Source of the DNA: Podospora anserina
Taxonomy: Eukaryota
Length of the DNA stretch: 64,000 nt
Direction: 5' to 3'
Assembly (NCBI GenBank): GCA_017654855.1
Contig: CM030332.1
Span: 1,550,001 to 1,614,000 of the forward strand
Shown: positions 47,472 to 60,849 of the stretch, one piece after another
How the letters are laid out: each line of letters opens with the position of its first letter
How positions within the stretch are numbered: position 1 is the stretch's first letter
Made by a program: the position numbers and the translations under genes
The notes under the pieces: generated by a model
What the model was told of the DNA's origin: nothing
Seen by the model: the letters and a program-made list of their open reading frames with translations, nothing else
Databases searched by the model: none

Positions 47472-48003
47472 GGTGACTGTATCAATCTACTACTTTGGGA
47501 TAAGTAAAGAATGTAAACGTGGTGTAAGTGATTGATGGGGCGCTGTTCAGTGAGTGAAGTGAAGCTGCTGGCAACAGGCTGCAGGGAATGAGTGGTGGTT
47601 GGCGCTCCTTGGCAGGTGCCACCTGGACAGGCAGCTGGCAAGCCTCCAAGCTCACCCTTTGAGCTCCCAGTGGCTCCTAGAGCCTGGCATCAACTTACGA
47701 GGAAAGAGTAAATTTGTGCTGAGCTGAGAACTGAATCTTCATTGCTCGCAAATTCCGACTTCTCCCAATAATGAACATTTCCTTCCAGCCAACACTCTCT
47801 TACTCCTCTTGGCTTTTCAACAGAGTAGCACTCACAGAGCTCAAAGTTCCAAGAAGATATATCGACGAAAAAGATTGGAAACATTTTTGGCCGAACATCA
47901 TGTGTTATTCTAGGGAGACTAACCGCCGCTATCACATATACCTCAAAGATTCTCCTCCAGATTCGTTTCATCATAGTTCATATACATCAAAACACTCCAG
48001 CAC

Positions 48004-49717
48004 TCATCTCCCAAAACAACTCCCTTCAACAGCCCTCAGAGGAATATATGTGATGAAAGTAAAAGCAAACCCCAGCCAAACACCCACATCAGCGCCGTGC
48101 CCCTCCCCGCCACACAACCTAGCAATCACTCCCGTGTACCATTCCTGAGACATCCCCAGAGCAACACCCACAACGCCAACCAGGCAAGAAGCAATGGCTG
48201 CGAACCCCGGTGGTAAAAGCTCTGGCTTGTGAATATCCCCCACATCATACCCTGAAAATCCACGTAATCCTCCGCGGAATAAAAAGTGTTCCACCAGGGC
48301 AATGGCAACATAGATCGAAAGCCAATATCCCGTGCTCAACACGAACGTCTCGAGCCAGGTTTCGAAGAGGTTGTACCCAGGAATACCAATCCCAACATAC
48401 ACTGCCGTCCCAAAGATAGTCCACACGAAGCGCGGCACTTGCTGAGTCTGTCTCGCCAGTGCCTGCAACGAGAATGAGACCGAGTAGATATTGGGGCAGT
48501 TGGTCGCAATGATCGAGAGCGCCACCAGGATAAGACAGGCCTTGTCAAACCCAGGTTCAACATTCGGCGTCAACACAGCCGCCATGAGACCTCCAACACC
48601 TGCGTTCTCATAGTGCTTTTGGTATTCCTCATTCTTGACCAGAGCCGTAGAAATAGCAGCCCCGAGGAGCATGACAAATATAAGAGGAAACGTCAGCCCA
48701 GAAAACACCCAGAGAAAGGTCGACCTGGTTGATCGTGTCGAGGGCTGATAGACACTATAATCAGCCGAGTATGCCGACCAACCGACAGCAAACCCAAAGA
48801 CAGCTCCGATGTATGAAAGAACAGCTCCCCTCTCACTTGGCCCCGTGGCCAGAGGCAGGAGGCTGTCGAACTCTCCGGATTTTATGAAAGCCCCCATGAC
48901 AACAAGAAAAACCACAAAGCACGGAATCCACGCGTACCGTTCGTAAAAGTGAACAGCTTTGTAACCCAACAAGCAGATAATCAGCGTTGCCAAAGACACA
49001 ATGAGAATCCCGGCCCAGCCGGGAATATCAGGGTTGACGGCCTTCAACAGCTGAGCTCCAACGATGGCATTGACAGATGCCCACCCAAGACAGGTGATAA
49101 TCTGAAATATCGCAACTACCTTGGGTCAGCAGCTATGGTTATTCACACAGAACTTGGACGACTCACTAAGTTTGACCGCATAATGTCCAAACCAAAACCT
49201 GGACAGAATAATCTGTCTTAACCCAAACTTTGGCCCAAAAAGTGCAAAGAAGCAAACGGGGAGAACTCCGAGTATGTTGACGAGTACAATAATCAACGCG
49301 GCATCCACAAAGCCCAGTCCAAAGATTGGCACGGCCACGGCCCCCAGAGCAAAAGTAGGCATCCCCATGTTGGCTGCCAGCCACTATATTCACAGCTTAT
49401 GTCAGTCTTTGAACTTGTATCGGATATTTGGGTTAACAGAAGACAGGACCTACCACGCCGCCCATCTTGGAAGCCCTTGTATCTCTCCTCTCATCCTCCG
49501 GCACCCGCTCAACACCCCGCTCTTCCACGCCATAACTACCGGCAAACCTTTGAAGCCTAGAAAAGAACCAGCTCTTGTCGCTCTCAAGGACAACACCTTC
49601 TCTGCTGCTGGAAGCGGTGATGAAACCTTCATCACCGGTGTCTGATGCGCGGGTCTTTTCGTGGGTGTAACTTTCGATGTCCGTTTTCGACTGCGGTGGA
49701 AATGTGGACAGACCCAT
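48004..49717 (-). CDS. NCS1-family purine-cytosine permease, Fcy2/FcyB-like (exons 49717-49454, 49383-49167, 49115-48004)
   Basis: GVEERGVERVPE, WLAANM, GPKFGLRQIILSRFWFG, YSADYSVY and NCPNIYS; about 12 hydrophobic segments. Introns 49453-49384 and 49166-49116. Confidence 0.9.
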
Positions 49718-51652
49718 TGTGTTGCTATTCGAACTAAAAATATAGTGGATGAATACGCCAGGAAAACTTAGATACTGCCGGTAGTCTAAGAACACAGGCC
49801 CTGGAAAGGATGTAAGAATACAAGGGGAAGTCCTCAGAACTGGAAAGCACAGGGCAACCTAACGTAGCTGCCTTGCAGATATATGTATTCTGATATTCAA
49901 GAAAAGAACTCTGCCAGGGAAGGAACTTTGCAAAGGTGGGAAAGAGGGACAGGCAAGGTGGTGAAGGGAATCACTGCATAAGGCCAAGAGACACGCATGC
50001 CCGCCCCTTCCTTCCATGCTTCTGCCCGTGGCCATGGTGACTATGGGCTGCTGTGTATCGCGGAACAGATGCATGCCATCGGCTGCATGATGATAACACT
50101 CTTTCCTCGGTATAGTAGAGGGGAAGTGAAGATGATGATGGCCCGGGTTACCCCAACAACGCCACTGTGTCTCAGTTCTCCCGGTTCACCCCGGGGCTCT
50201 GGGTTAGGAGACTCGTCGGTTGACGGTTGACTGGAATGTAGTCAACATTCATGAGCACTGCATCAAGATAACCACCACAAAGATCATCACTTAAGAGGAG
50301 AAGCCCCGTGCAACCGCACATCAGCACCACCCCAACCACAAAACCACGTTGTCGACCTTCCACTGGTCCGCTCGCAAAAACGAAAAAAACTCCCATCATC
50401 ACACACAGCCTTTTCCAGAACCAAGAAACAATAACAAGCGCCATGTTTGCCCCCTCCAGCATCAAGCCAGACCTACCCGTCCACCATGTAAGCTTTTGTC
50501 CCACGTTGCACACCCCATACCAAGCCCGCGCCAATATATTCCCTCTCCACGACATGAAGCTATACCCCCAAGATGGAGAACCAACCGCAGTAAGCAGCAC
50601 CCTCGCATCTCATGCAATGCAAGCGCACCTCTCTCTGGTACTTTTACCCATCCATGCCCAAAGTCCTGGATCTAGTAGTGATGATAAGATGGCCCCAACT
50701 TCCCATCCCACTGCTGGTACCTTTTTGTCATTGGTCTAAAACAATGTTACACACAACTAAGCAGAAAAAAGAAGAAACGGGAAGGAACCGCCCCTCAACT
50801 CCCGGATTCCCTTCCCGCGTCTATCTACTATACTTTGCCTTTTAGATCCGAGCAGTCAAATCAGGAGCTTTGGTAGATCTTACCATAGACAGGTGGGTGG
50901 TATATGACGGGTGCTGTGAGATTTTAGTCAAGGGGAGCTAGCAAGTGAGAGTGTTACACAAAACCGACATACCCAGATCTCACCTAGCTTGGCTTTACAG
51001 ACCAACAAGATGACAAGCCGATCACCGACTTTTGCATTTCGCAATGAACCCTTCCAAAGGACCTATCCCACTAATCCAAGCTTGATCGCCATCTCAGAAG
51101 AACACACTCGTCTATCTCCAACATATCCCCATCTCTGCCAGGATGCAGTGTAACCACCACAACCCTCCCCCCTGGCCCCCATGTCTTGTTTCGCCTTGTC
51201 TCGTCTCTCTTTCCTCTTGTATACACTCGGCCCGCCTCACCGCTTCTCTTCCCCCCCCACCTCTCTCTCTCTATCTCTCTTCAAGTTGAAACAGAAACAT
51301 CTCATCTCACTGACGGTTGTCCTACCAAAAACACGTTTGGATCGAAAGACCACATGGAACATATAGAACAAATCCCAGTCTCGGATCTTAACTGGACAAC
51401 GCACACACCACTGGGTTCACAGAAGAAAAGGGGGGTTTTGATACAGCAGATAATACCACCGCAGAAGAGTGCATTGCATACATGCTGTCTATTTTGACAT
51501 TACATCCAACTTGCCATATCTCGCTGCCAAATCTGAGGTTCCAAAAACCTGTCATGTGCAACCATAACCCTCAGCCTCGGCATGATTTCCCCCCCTTTTT
51601 CTCATAGCGTACAACCTTTACATCACCCACCCCACCCATAAAACAAGCCCTC

Positions 51653-53880
51653 TCAACCCTCCGCCTCGATCTCATACGAGTTTGACTTGTGCTTAGGCGT
51701 AAAAGAAAACGTAGCAGGTGCCGGGCCGAGGAACATCTCACTAGAATATCAAACAAAATATCAGCAAACAGCCCCACCAACAGATCGAAACTGACATGAA
51801 CAAACCTGATCTTGATCCAATCCTTATAATCCTTACTCGCAAGCAACGTCTCGAGCTCATTTCTTCCCTTGTACGCCGGCGGCCTCTCATTGATACTCGG
51901 CGGCAGATACTCCAGCAGCCCAACAGGAACATACCGGCTGAAGAAGCTCAAAAACTCCAGCAGGAACCTCCTCGTGTAGTTGATCCCCAGCTCGTCTGAC
52001 CCCCAAGCCTCCATTCCATACCGGGCAAATTTCTCAATGTACCCTAACCGCTCCGTGGCCGACTTGTCCAAGTACTGACCAGTCTGGATCTCCTCGTAGA
52101 TCCAGGGCTTGATGATCGCTCCTCTGCCAATCATGACCGTGTCCACCTTGGCGTTGTCGACGTGGTCAAAGTAGTCAATGTGCGAGTAGCAATCGCCGTT
52201 GCCAATGAAGAACATCCTCCCGCCATTGGGTAGAGTTCGTTCATCGACTTCGCGAATGGTGTCGGTGAGGCTGTCAGTTTTCTCGTTCAAGCGCTTGATC
52301 ATGGCGGCCGTCTCAGCGATGTACTCCCAGTTGGCCGCGCGGGTGTACCGTTGCTGTCTTGTTCGGCCGTGAAGTGTCACAGCCGCGCAGCCGGGAGCTC
52401 CCAGAATATCACGATGCTCCTCACTGCCAAGGGCGAGCCTCTCGATGTTCTTTTGGGCCGTGAACTTGTCATCACGGACGCCCATTCTGATTTTGGCCGT
52501 GATGGGAACGTCATCAGAGACGGCGTTCATGCCTCTGATCATACGCTCCAGCTTGGAGGGAGCATCCAAGAGGGCAGATCCAGCACCCGACTTGTAGAGC
52601 ATGTCAATCGGGCAGCCGCAGTTTAGGTCGATCAGCCGGAGATGTGGGAGGAAACGAGCCAAGGCTTCGGTAGACTTGATGGCAACCCAGGGAACGTTGG
52701 CTGCAATCTGAGCGCCAAACTTGAGATCCTTCGAGTTGTCGTAACCTTGAGCAACGGGCCCATCGCCATTGAAGCGAGGGGGTGTGGTCTCACTCTTGTG
52801 GGCTCTCATCAGAGTCCAGTCAGACTTGGCACCCTGGAGTAAGGGCATGCCCATGGCCATTTCCGAGTAGGTCAACTCGCATCCCAAGTCGACGCAAAGA
52901 CGGCGGAATGGCAGGTTCCCTTGGGTTGTCAAGGGCGCCAAAGCCGGTGTTTCCCTTCCAAAGTAAAGCCTCTTCTTCTCCGAGGGCTTAAAAGGTGGCT
53001 CGGCGTACATTGCCCTGTAGTCCAGCGCCTCAGCACCGCCATCCTTTTGCTTGTGGTGATGGTCACGGAAAATCTGAGTATCTTTTTCCAGCCATCTTAG
53101 ATACTTGTCCGACTTTTCAAACTGGACTCGTTTCCGTGAGAGGTCAATCTTGATCTGGCCTTCCACGTTGTTCACCACCTCGGTATTGGCGTCACCGGTA
53201 TCCCCATCGTCGGGGTAAGTGTTGCCATCTTTGTCTGTGAGAACTAGCTCCTTGCGCCCATCTTCGTGCTCGACCTCCTTGCTATGACTTGACACAAACA
53301 AGCAACGCCAGCCAGACGGGCACTTTCCAAATTTCTCAAGAGTAGGGCATTTTCCTCCAAAGGTTTCCAGGTCTGCACGGCGGCCCTCCTTCAGGTATTT
53401 TCGGATATCATGGAGGCCATTGCACCGCTCACCAAACTTGCAAGACCTGGGAGAGAACTCGGGAGTCCAGGCAACGGAATTGCAAAGGCGTTGAGCATCA
53501 GAAAAGGTGCCAAAGGTTCTCTCCTTGTTTTGGCCTGTCTTCTTTTTCCTCTTTCCTCCTTTCCCAGCATCGCGACTATCTCCTTGCTGCTGGTGTTCAA
53601 TGGTGCCTCTTCCTTCAGCCTCATCATCATCAATGACATCAGGCACAACAACCTTTGCCGACTGACCAGGGGCAACGATAAGGTACTCGGCCTTGATGGG
53701 GGCAACACCCTTCACTCTGTCCACAGGCGACTTTTTCGTTGTGCCGTTTTGAGTTTCAGCAGACTCATCAAACCTCTGTCGCTTAGAAGCTGGCTCATCA
53801 TGAGTGGGTTCCTGCTGCTGAGGGGTGGCCGTATCGTGAATCTCATCCTGCGACCGCTTCGTTGACTCCTGGGGCTCCAT
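51653..53880 (-). CDS. dus3: tRNA-dihydrouridine(47) synthase Dus3 (exons 53880-51806, 51740-51653)
   Basis: CCCH-type zinc fingers, [44 protein letters not shown] and WGSD. Intron 51805-51741 gives the conserved end KISEMFLGP...[10 protein letters not shown]. Confidence 0.95.
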
Positions 53881-55403
53881 GATCGCTTTTCGGATTGGCG
53901 ATTCTCTCGACCCGGATGTCAACAACTGTGTCTCCGCCGGCAAACGTGAGGTGACGAATTGTCCAATCTGAGATCAAGCTTGCTTTTTTTTTTCTGCCGT
54001 CCACTGGAAGTGGGCTGAACGCTTGCAGTTGCAGAGCTCTGAAAGACTTTACCCCACAGCGGGGTTTGACAAGCAGTTGGGTGGGTGCAACACTTGCGGT
54101 CCTGCGTTGCTGCTGTGAAGGTGGGAGTTGCTCTTGGAGTGGGGGCCAGATCTTTTTTGCAACCAGGAATCTCAAAAGCCGATTTTGAAGCTCACCGCTC
54201 ATTGGGCATGTCTCCAAATCGAAGGTTCTGCCGAATCTTCTATGGATGAAAAGCAAAAGTCGGACGAAACCTTACAAGAAGCTTTTAGCTGTTTTCCCCT
54301 GGCGGGCATCTCCACACTTCGGCCTCGCCCAGTGCGCCCGGCTCGCCGGCAGTTCACCCTTCGGCCGGGGTCAGTTTAGGGAGCGGGATCGGATCTGGAA
54401 CAAAACAAATTGAAACGCCGCTTGATGGATACGGCAGCCGATTGGTTTAGTTCCCGAAGACTGGCAGCTAACAGTCCACCAAGCGGGCCAGCTTAGAGAT
54501 TGTACCGTAAAAGAGATCTTGATCCCACGTCGGGACGGCTTTCTAAGAACCGAGACCGAGCGTTTGCTCCTGTCGTCGTGTGCCTTTGCCACTAATGATT
54601 TGAGATCAAGAATTGTCAAACCAGGTGAAAAGATGTTCCGGAACCAGGCTTATACGAACTGAATCTTCAAAGGTGCCATGTGTAACCACGGGACGAACAG
54701 CATGAGGACCGATATAGCATGTCATCTCCGTAGCCAGACCTCCGCTGTTCTTGGATCCATATGCCGCTGAGTGGGGGTCCGGAACCTGCTTCTGGCCTTA
54801 CTGATGACCTGGCAGGTGATGTGAAGACGGGCACTCGGGGAGTTGTATCCCCGATCTGAGAGAGGTTCCTCGCATTCCTCTCTGATCCAGACATCCCCAG
54901 AAAATGAAGCTTGTCACAGATCGTGAGCCGATGTTGCGCAAACGCGAGACGAATGGTCCTCTTGCTCGGGGGTGGGGGTACCACACCCAATCAGGGGCAC
55001 TTCAATGCCCGGTTACGTCTCGGGCGGTGTGGGCGGCACCTAGGGTTCTCCACGTTGTACGAACAATACAGGGGGTCTCAGTTAGGGAAAACGCGAAAAC
55101 GACGGCGCCATTCAGGGCTGACATCTGCGACATGCTCCCGCTGCGGACTACCTTCCAATTCCATTCGTGGTTTATCCAGTCCTGCATCGCCCACCTCTGC
55201 CACCACCTTAGCCAGCGTCATTGCCCATCGCCTCTTCTCTCCCCCAAACTCCCCGCGATTTGCAACAAGACACCAAAAGAAAATAAGCTGCCGATCGAAG
55301 CTGTCACTGAAACCACCTGCAAGCGTCTGTGGTGTCGTTCAAACGACGAACCCCGCCGCCCCCCGTGTCGTCCATGCTCGAGCAATGATCATTCGACCCC
55401 ACA

Positions 55404-57140
55404 ATGGCTGACCAGGCCAGAGCAACATCACGAGACAAGACGCCGCAGTCACCGCACAGCAAGAACAAGGTTGTGCGCTCACAAAAGATATCCCAGGTGA
55501 CGTCGCCGACAGAGCCGCGCTCTCCGACCCCATTAGGGGGAGATCTCTACGACCACAGCCCCGTCCAGGACCGTCCGCCGATACCCCGCTCCCATACACC
55601 AGGCCACCTCTCGTCTCGAAGTCAAGACCGTCGAAACCAGTCTGGCGATCTCGCCCTCCGCCAGCGCTCCCAGTCAGCAGCAGGCCACACCTCGTCCCGA
55701 GCCGCTGCGGCAGGCATCCCACACTCCTACTCAACCACCTCCTTCTCCAGCAACCCTTCCGCAAGCAAAGCCCCTACCCCCAACTCAGCGCCCCCGTCCC
55801 GCCAGCCAACCATAACCGAGAATGGCGACAACAATAGCACCAGCAGTCTCACGGTCAACCTCACCCTCGGCCGCGACAGAGGCGATTCGGGCGCCTCGGC
55901 CGGAAGCGGCAAAGAATCCACGACCTCCACCACCCACCCCCGAAGACCAACCAACCTCCGCTCCACCTCCGCCATAACCAGTGGCGGTCGTCCCCCAGGC
56001 GGAAGCCATGCCGCCCCTTCCCACCCCCGAGTCGGCACCGGCCGCGGCCAACCCGCCAAAGGCGCCGAAGTCTTCACCCCTTTCCCCCCTTTAACAAAAC
56101 CCAAGACCGCCCCCGACGTTCTCGCGGCCCCATCATCAGGAATGTACTGGTCCCGCGCACCCACCTCGGGCACCCCCCATACCGCCCTCCGCGCTCACAC
56201 CACCACCCTCGTCGGGAGCAACGTCTTTGTCTTTGGCGGCTGCGACTCAAGAGCCTGCTTCAACGAGCTATACGTCCTCGACGCCGACGCCTTTTACTGG
56301 TCCACCCCCCACGTGGTAGGTGACGTCCCCGTCCCCCTCCGCGCAATGACTTGCACGGCGGTCGGCAAAAAACTAGTCATATTCGGAGGCGGCGACGGCC
56401 CGGCTTACTACAATGACGTCTACGTCCTCGACACGGTCAACTACCGGTGGTCAAAGCCCAAAATCATGGGGTCTGACCAGCCCGGACGAGTCCCCTCCAA
56501 ACGTCGAGCCCACACGGCATGTCTGTACAAAAGCGGGATTTATGTTTTTGGCGGTGGGGACGGGGAAAGAGCGTTGAATGACATTTGGCGGTTGGACGTG
56601 AGCGACTTTGGTAAGATGAGCTGGAAGCTGGTGTCTGGCCCGTCTCCGAGTTCGTCAACAACATCAGTGACGGACAGGGAAATCCGCCCCAAGGCTAGGG
56701 GTTACCACACTGCCAACATGGTCGGGTCCAAACTGATCATTTACGGGGGCTCAGACGGGGGGGAGTGTTTCAACGATGTTTGGGTCTACGACGTGGAAAC
56801 GCACGTTTGGAAGCAGGTCAACATCCCGGTTACGTACCGGCGGCTGAGCCACACGGCGACGATAGTGGGGAGTTATCTCTTTGTGATTGGGGGGCATGAC
56901 GGGAATGAATACAGTAATGATGTGCTGCTGCTGAATCTGGTGACGATGGGGTGGGACAGGAGGAAGGTGTATGGGCTGCCGCCGAGCGGGAGGGGGTATC
57001 ACGGGACGGTGCTGCACGACAGTCGGTTGTTGATGATTGGGGGGTTTGACGGGAGTGAGGTTTTTGGGGATGTTTGGGTTTTGGAGCTGGCGGTGCACGC
57101 TTACTATAGTCAGATTAGTCATTTTACGATTGAGATTTAG
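55404..57140 (+). CDS. Kelch-repeat beta-propeller protein with a disordered Ser/Pro-rich N-terminus
   Basis: Six kelch repeats (H/T...VFGG.D...FN.(L/V)(Y/W).LD) from about residue 260 to the C-terminus; single-exon 578-aa ORF. Confidence 0.9.
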   Translation: MADQARATSRDKTPQSPHSKNKVVRSQKISQVTSPTEPRSPTPLGGDLYDHSPVQDRPPIPRSHTPGHLSSRSQDRRNQSGDLALRQRSQSAAGHTSSRAAAAGIPHSYSTTSFSSNPSASKAPTPNSAPPSRQPTITENGDNNSTSSLTVNLTLGRDRGDSGASAGSGKESTTSTTHPRRPTNLRSTSAITSGGRPPGGSHAAPSHPRVGTGRGQPAKGAEVFTPFPPLTKPKTAPDVLAAPSSGMYWSRAPTSGTPHTALRAHTTTLVGSNVFVFGGCDSRACFNELYVLDADAFYWSTPHVVGDVPVPLRAMTCTAVGKKLVIFGGGDGPAYYNDVYVLDTVNYRWSKPKIMGSDQPGRVPSKRRAHTACLYKSGIYVFGGGDGERALNDIWRLDVSDFGKMSWKLVSGPSPSSSTTSVTDREIRPKARGYHTANMVGSKLIIYGGSDGGECFNDVWVYDVETHVWKQVNIPVTYRRLSHTATIVGSYLFVIGGHDGNEYSNDVLLLNLVTMGWDRRKVYGLPPSGRGYHGTVLHDSRLLMIGGFDGSEVFGDVWVLELAVHAYYSQISHFTIEI

Positions 57141-58032
57141 GGAGGGGAAGAGGCTTTTCCAAGATGGAGAGTCTTATGGATTGGAAAGAGGCTTTGTTCG
57201 TTTTGGGGCCATGTATCAAAGCGAGATGTTTTTTGGGCCTTTTTGTTTTTGGACAGTTTATTGTTTTGTTGTCTTCTTTTTATTTATTTCCCCTTTACAT
57301 GTTTACATTTCTGAAAAAGAGCAGAGCAGCGATTCGGGAAAATGGGCTGGGCAAAGAGGTCGGTGGCAGGGCAGGGTTGATTTGAAAGACTGTTTATCAT
57401 GTCCGTAACTTTCCTGAGAGCCTCACAGTCTAAGAGTCTCTTCATTCAAGAGACGAAACAATAAAACACTAGAAATACTGCAAAAGATATCCTATACATT
57501 GTAGTCATCTCTGTAAATTTACTGCTGCTAGTCAAAGCACAACCATCCTCCTTTTGAATAGTATCCCCATCCTCCTCACTTTGCTCGCCATGCCATGCAA
57601 TTCATTTCTTCTGTCCCACCCAAAAAGGCCAAAAAAAAGACCAACAATAATCATTTCATAACAACAAGTAGTCATACAGGGAAGAACAAACGGTAGAAAG
57701 CAAACAAATCCCAGAACGCCGCCAAGAGACAAAGTCTATCTGTGTTGGGTAGAACGTTTCTTTTTGCCCACAGCAACCCGGGGAAAAGTAGTAAACCTCC
57801 TTCAACACCCAATAAAACCAAAAAAGAGAAAGATCCAGATCCGTAATGTAAGGAAAAGAAGAAGGGCGAGATTTTTTGTCGTTGTTGTACAAGACTAGAA
57901 GCCATGATGGCTCCTAAAAGGTGGACGGCGTTGATGAACGGGCATCATCAAGAGTCGCTGTACCGTAAGGATTATTCGAGTCCGAAAAGCCGGATAGATC
58001 GTGTCGTGAGATTTGAGAATGAAGGGAGCTGC

Positions 58033-58822
58033 TTAAGAAGCAGGGGCCTTCTCCTTCTTCTCAAGAGCAGCCACGTGCTTCTTCTGCTCGGCCAGTCTGC
58101 GCTCCTCAGCCTCGACCATATCTATTACCATATTAGCTTTCCGTTTCGTAACCATTCAGATTCTTATTAAAAAAAGACATACCCTGCCACAAGTTCTGCC
58201 CCTCATAATCCTCCTTCCTCACCCTCTTCTCAATCAGATGCTTGTGCTCCGGATCCTCCGGATCAACAACCATAACAGTCTCCCACCTCCCCTTGCCCGC
58301 CTTCGCATCTGCCGTCTCAAACGCGGCGGTAGCAATCAGCACCGCCAGCGTCAACCCCTGGGCGTACATTCTCGCCTGCACCAGCTTCTGGCTTCCGCTC
58401 AGATACTTATTCTTCCCCACCATCGCCAGCGCGAGACCCATCGCCGCAATCCAAGATGTGAACACAATAGAGTACCTGTTCTCCCGTCCCCAATCCATCA
58501 GCTTCTCCGTGTCACTCTTGGCCGCGGCGCGAGCCTCGGCGGCCGCCTTGTGGGAGGCGTCCATGTAGTTGTACATGGAATCGTGCGAGCGCTGGAAGTC
58601 GATGGAGTATCTCTCGGCCCAGACGATGGCGCCAAAGGTGCCGGTCGAGGTGACGAGGAAGGAGCGGAAGGGGAGGGTGAGGTTGCGGATGGTGGGGTAG
58701 CGCTTTGAGCCGGCGATTACACCACCCAGACCGAGGGCGAGGCCGACGGAGCCGCCGATGAGACCACCCTTGAGGACGACCTTGAAGTGGGCGTCTTCCT
58801 CTTCCTTGGAGATGATCTTCAT
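58033..58822 (-). CDS. rcf2: Respiratory supercomplex factor Rcf2 (HIG1 domain, mitochondrial inner membrane); exons 58822-58183, 58121-58033
   Basis: MKIISKEEEDAH start, two TM pairs and HIG1 motif QKLVQARMYAQGLT. Intron 58182-58122 gives LWQDMVEAEERRL...APAS*. Confidence 0.9.
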
Positions 58823-60849
58823 GGTGGTGGTTTTTTGGGGGGGAAGGGTGGTTGGGTGGAGACTGAAGAGGTGGTTGTTGGAAAAGTGATTGGGTGCCTT
58901 TAAGAGGTGATTGCCCGTTTGCGCGCCGTCCAAAGACAGGTGTAATTAGTTGGAGGTTTAGGAAGGTGAATAGGCAGGTAGGTTCAGAAACCGACAAGGC
59001 TGTGAGGGTTGTGGTGGTGGTTTTGTTCTTTGGCAGGCGGTGGCGTGTGAGAAAATAAATCGTATGACCGGAGCTCGTTTGAGACAACTGCGTGATGCAG
59101 AATCAGCGCAGTGACGATTGGATCTCCGGTGGGAATAAAGGTGGATCCTGTTATTAACTTTTTGCTTTGGTAAGGAAAAAAAGGCGGGTTGCGGCGATGG
59201 CCTCTTTCTATGATGCACCAAGTCTAGCAGTGATATCTGAATGCTAGATATCGCTCTTGTATCATCTTCTTCGAGATATCTCGCAAAAAGCCCAAGGCGC
59301 GAGTGCTGGGAGATGGCCACAGGGATAATGACACAATTGACAGCTCCTGCCAAGCAAGACGTTTTGGTGATGTCAGCGGTTCGTTGCTGACTTTTGTCAA
59401 AATTTCCCGAGCCTTCCCCGCCGGCTCTCGCCGTCGAAGGAAGCACGGACCACGTCCCTGGAAAATGGAGGGGTTTTAAGTGGTGGGTTCAATTCCAGCA
59501 CTTTTGAACATGCCGGCCAAAGTCCGAAAAGTCACTCAGAAGCAGCCTGTTGCTGACATGGCCATCAATGCGTTCCCGAATGCTCCCGAGACTTTGAGAG
59601 CCTCTCAGTGACACTTGCTTGACATAAGACTCATCGGTCAGGCCAGACGCCCCGGGCACAATTTCTCCCGGCGCAACCGTTCCTCAGAGGCCCGATCCGC
59701 CGGGGCAGCAGCTCCGATTCCGATCGGCAAAAGCCGGCTGGCGGTTGTCGGACGGTGAAACCTCAACCGGCTCGGTCACATCCCCGGTCGCTATCGGGTG
59801 TTTTGTTTCACCGGCAGGCAGGCAGTCGGCTTGCTGACTATTCATTCAACTCCAAATCAACTTGGATGTCATGTTGAGCTTCGCCCCCACGCAGCATCAG
59901 AATGTCTCAACAGGACTGGTCCAGATGTTTGTTTGGCAGCTATTACCAGTCAATAAAGGTCAGCTGCGTGTTTCGTTCCCGCTGCCGTGCTGTCCGCCTG
60001 CCGGAGCATCAGGACATTTTTAGGGGTCCGGAAACAATGCGGCCGACGCTCTAGACCATCAGGAAGGCCGCGTTTGCCGTGACAAATGGAAATCTGGACA
60101 ACACCCACCGTACGCGGGCAAAATAGGGGTCTTGCCGTGTCTTCTCTTGCCCCAGGACGCTCGCCGGCTGAGCGGACCGATTCCGATTCAACCCGTTTGC
60201 TTTGCTCCGCGGGCGTCTTTTGCTGGTTGATGGTACCAGATCGACCCGTTGTCGTTGTCAATGCCCATGTATGTAGACTGTGGGCCAAAGTCATGCGTTT
60301 GTCGGATGGTGAACATGTCCCAAAAAACGATCGGCTCGGGGTCATAACTATTTCTCTCAGTGGTTGGCCCAATGCTACGTTAAATTGAGTTTATCCGGCA
60401 GTGCTTGAGAAAATGTGGTGAACCTTTGGAGGCAGGGGTTCATCAGTGCCCGCCCTAGCGGGATTAGCCTCCGCGTGCTTGCGAGACTTTGAAAGAACGG
60501 TTCCTAAAAACAACTTCGTGGCTCCATCCAACTTCAGCTGTCACTGCCCGAAAGGTAGCTCCATTGCATCGTTGTGCTAAGAACCTAGGTTGGGAAATAT
60601 CAAGGAGCCAAATCCAGCTCCTAGAGGACACTTTGACGTGCTCAACTTTGACGGGTAAGAAAAAGAAAGTCTATCTGCATGTGAGAGCTCACCCACAGGC
60701 TGCCAAGAGACTGTTTAGCCAGAGACATGAGCTACTCGGTACACAGTGCAGGTTTGCCTCCCGTTGTATAAGTCAAGTCAGAATGCGCTCACACGACATC
60801 CCGCGAAACAAGGTTGTATTTCGAGAGTAACGCTACTGGATATGTGATA

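Noticed and set aside
51571-51740. ORF-track C-terminus of the 790-aa ORF (…VRYEKKGGKSCRG) and its N-terminal extension to 53943
   Set aside because: Read-through of intron 51805-51741. The conserved Dus3 end is in another frame and stops at 51653, and the first ATG is at 53880.
43215-58822. Possible functional gene cluster
   Set aside because: Neighbouring genes (cyclophilin, permease, Dus3, kelch protein, Rcf2) are functionally unrelated housekeeping genes; no PKS, NRPS or other pathway logic.
59440-59505. tRNA-like T-loop GGTTCAATTCC
   Set aside because: T-stem is mismatched, and no acceptor stem, D-arm or anticodon arm could be formed.
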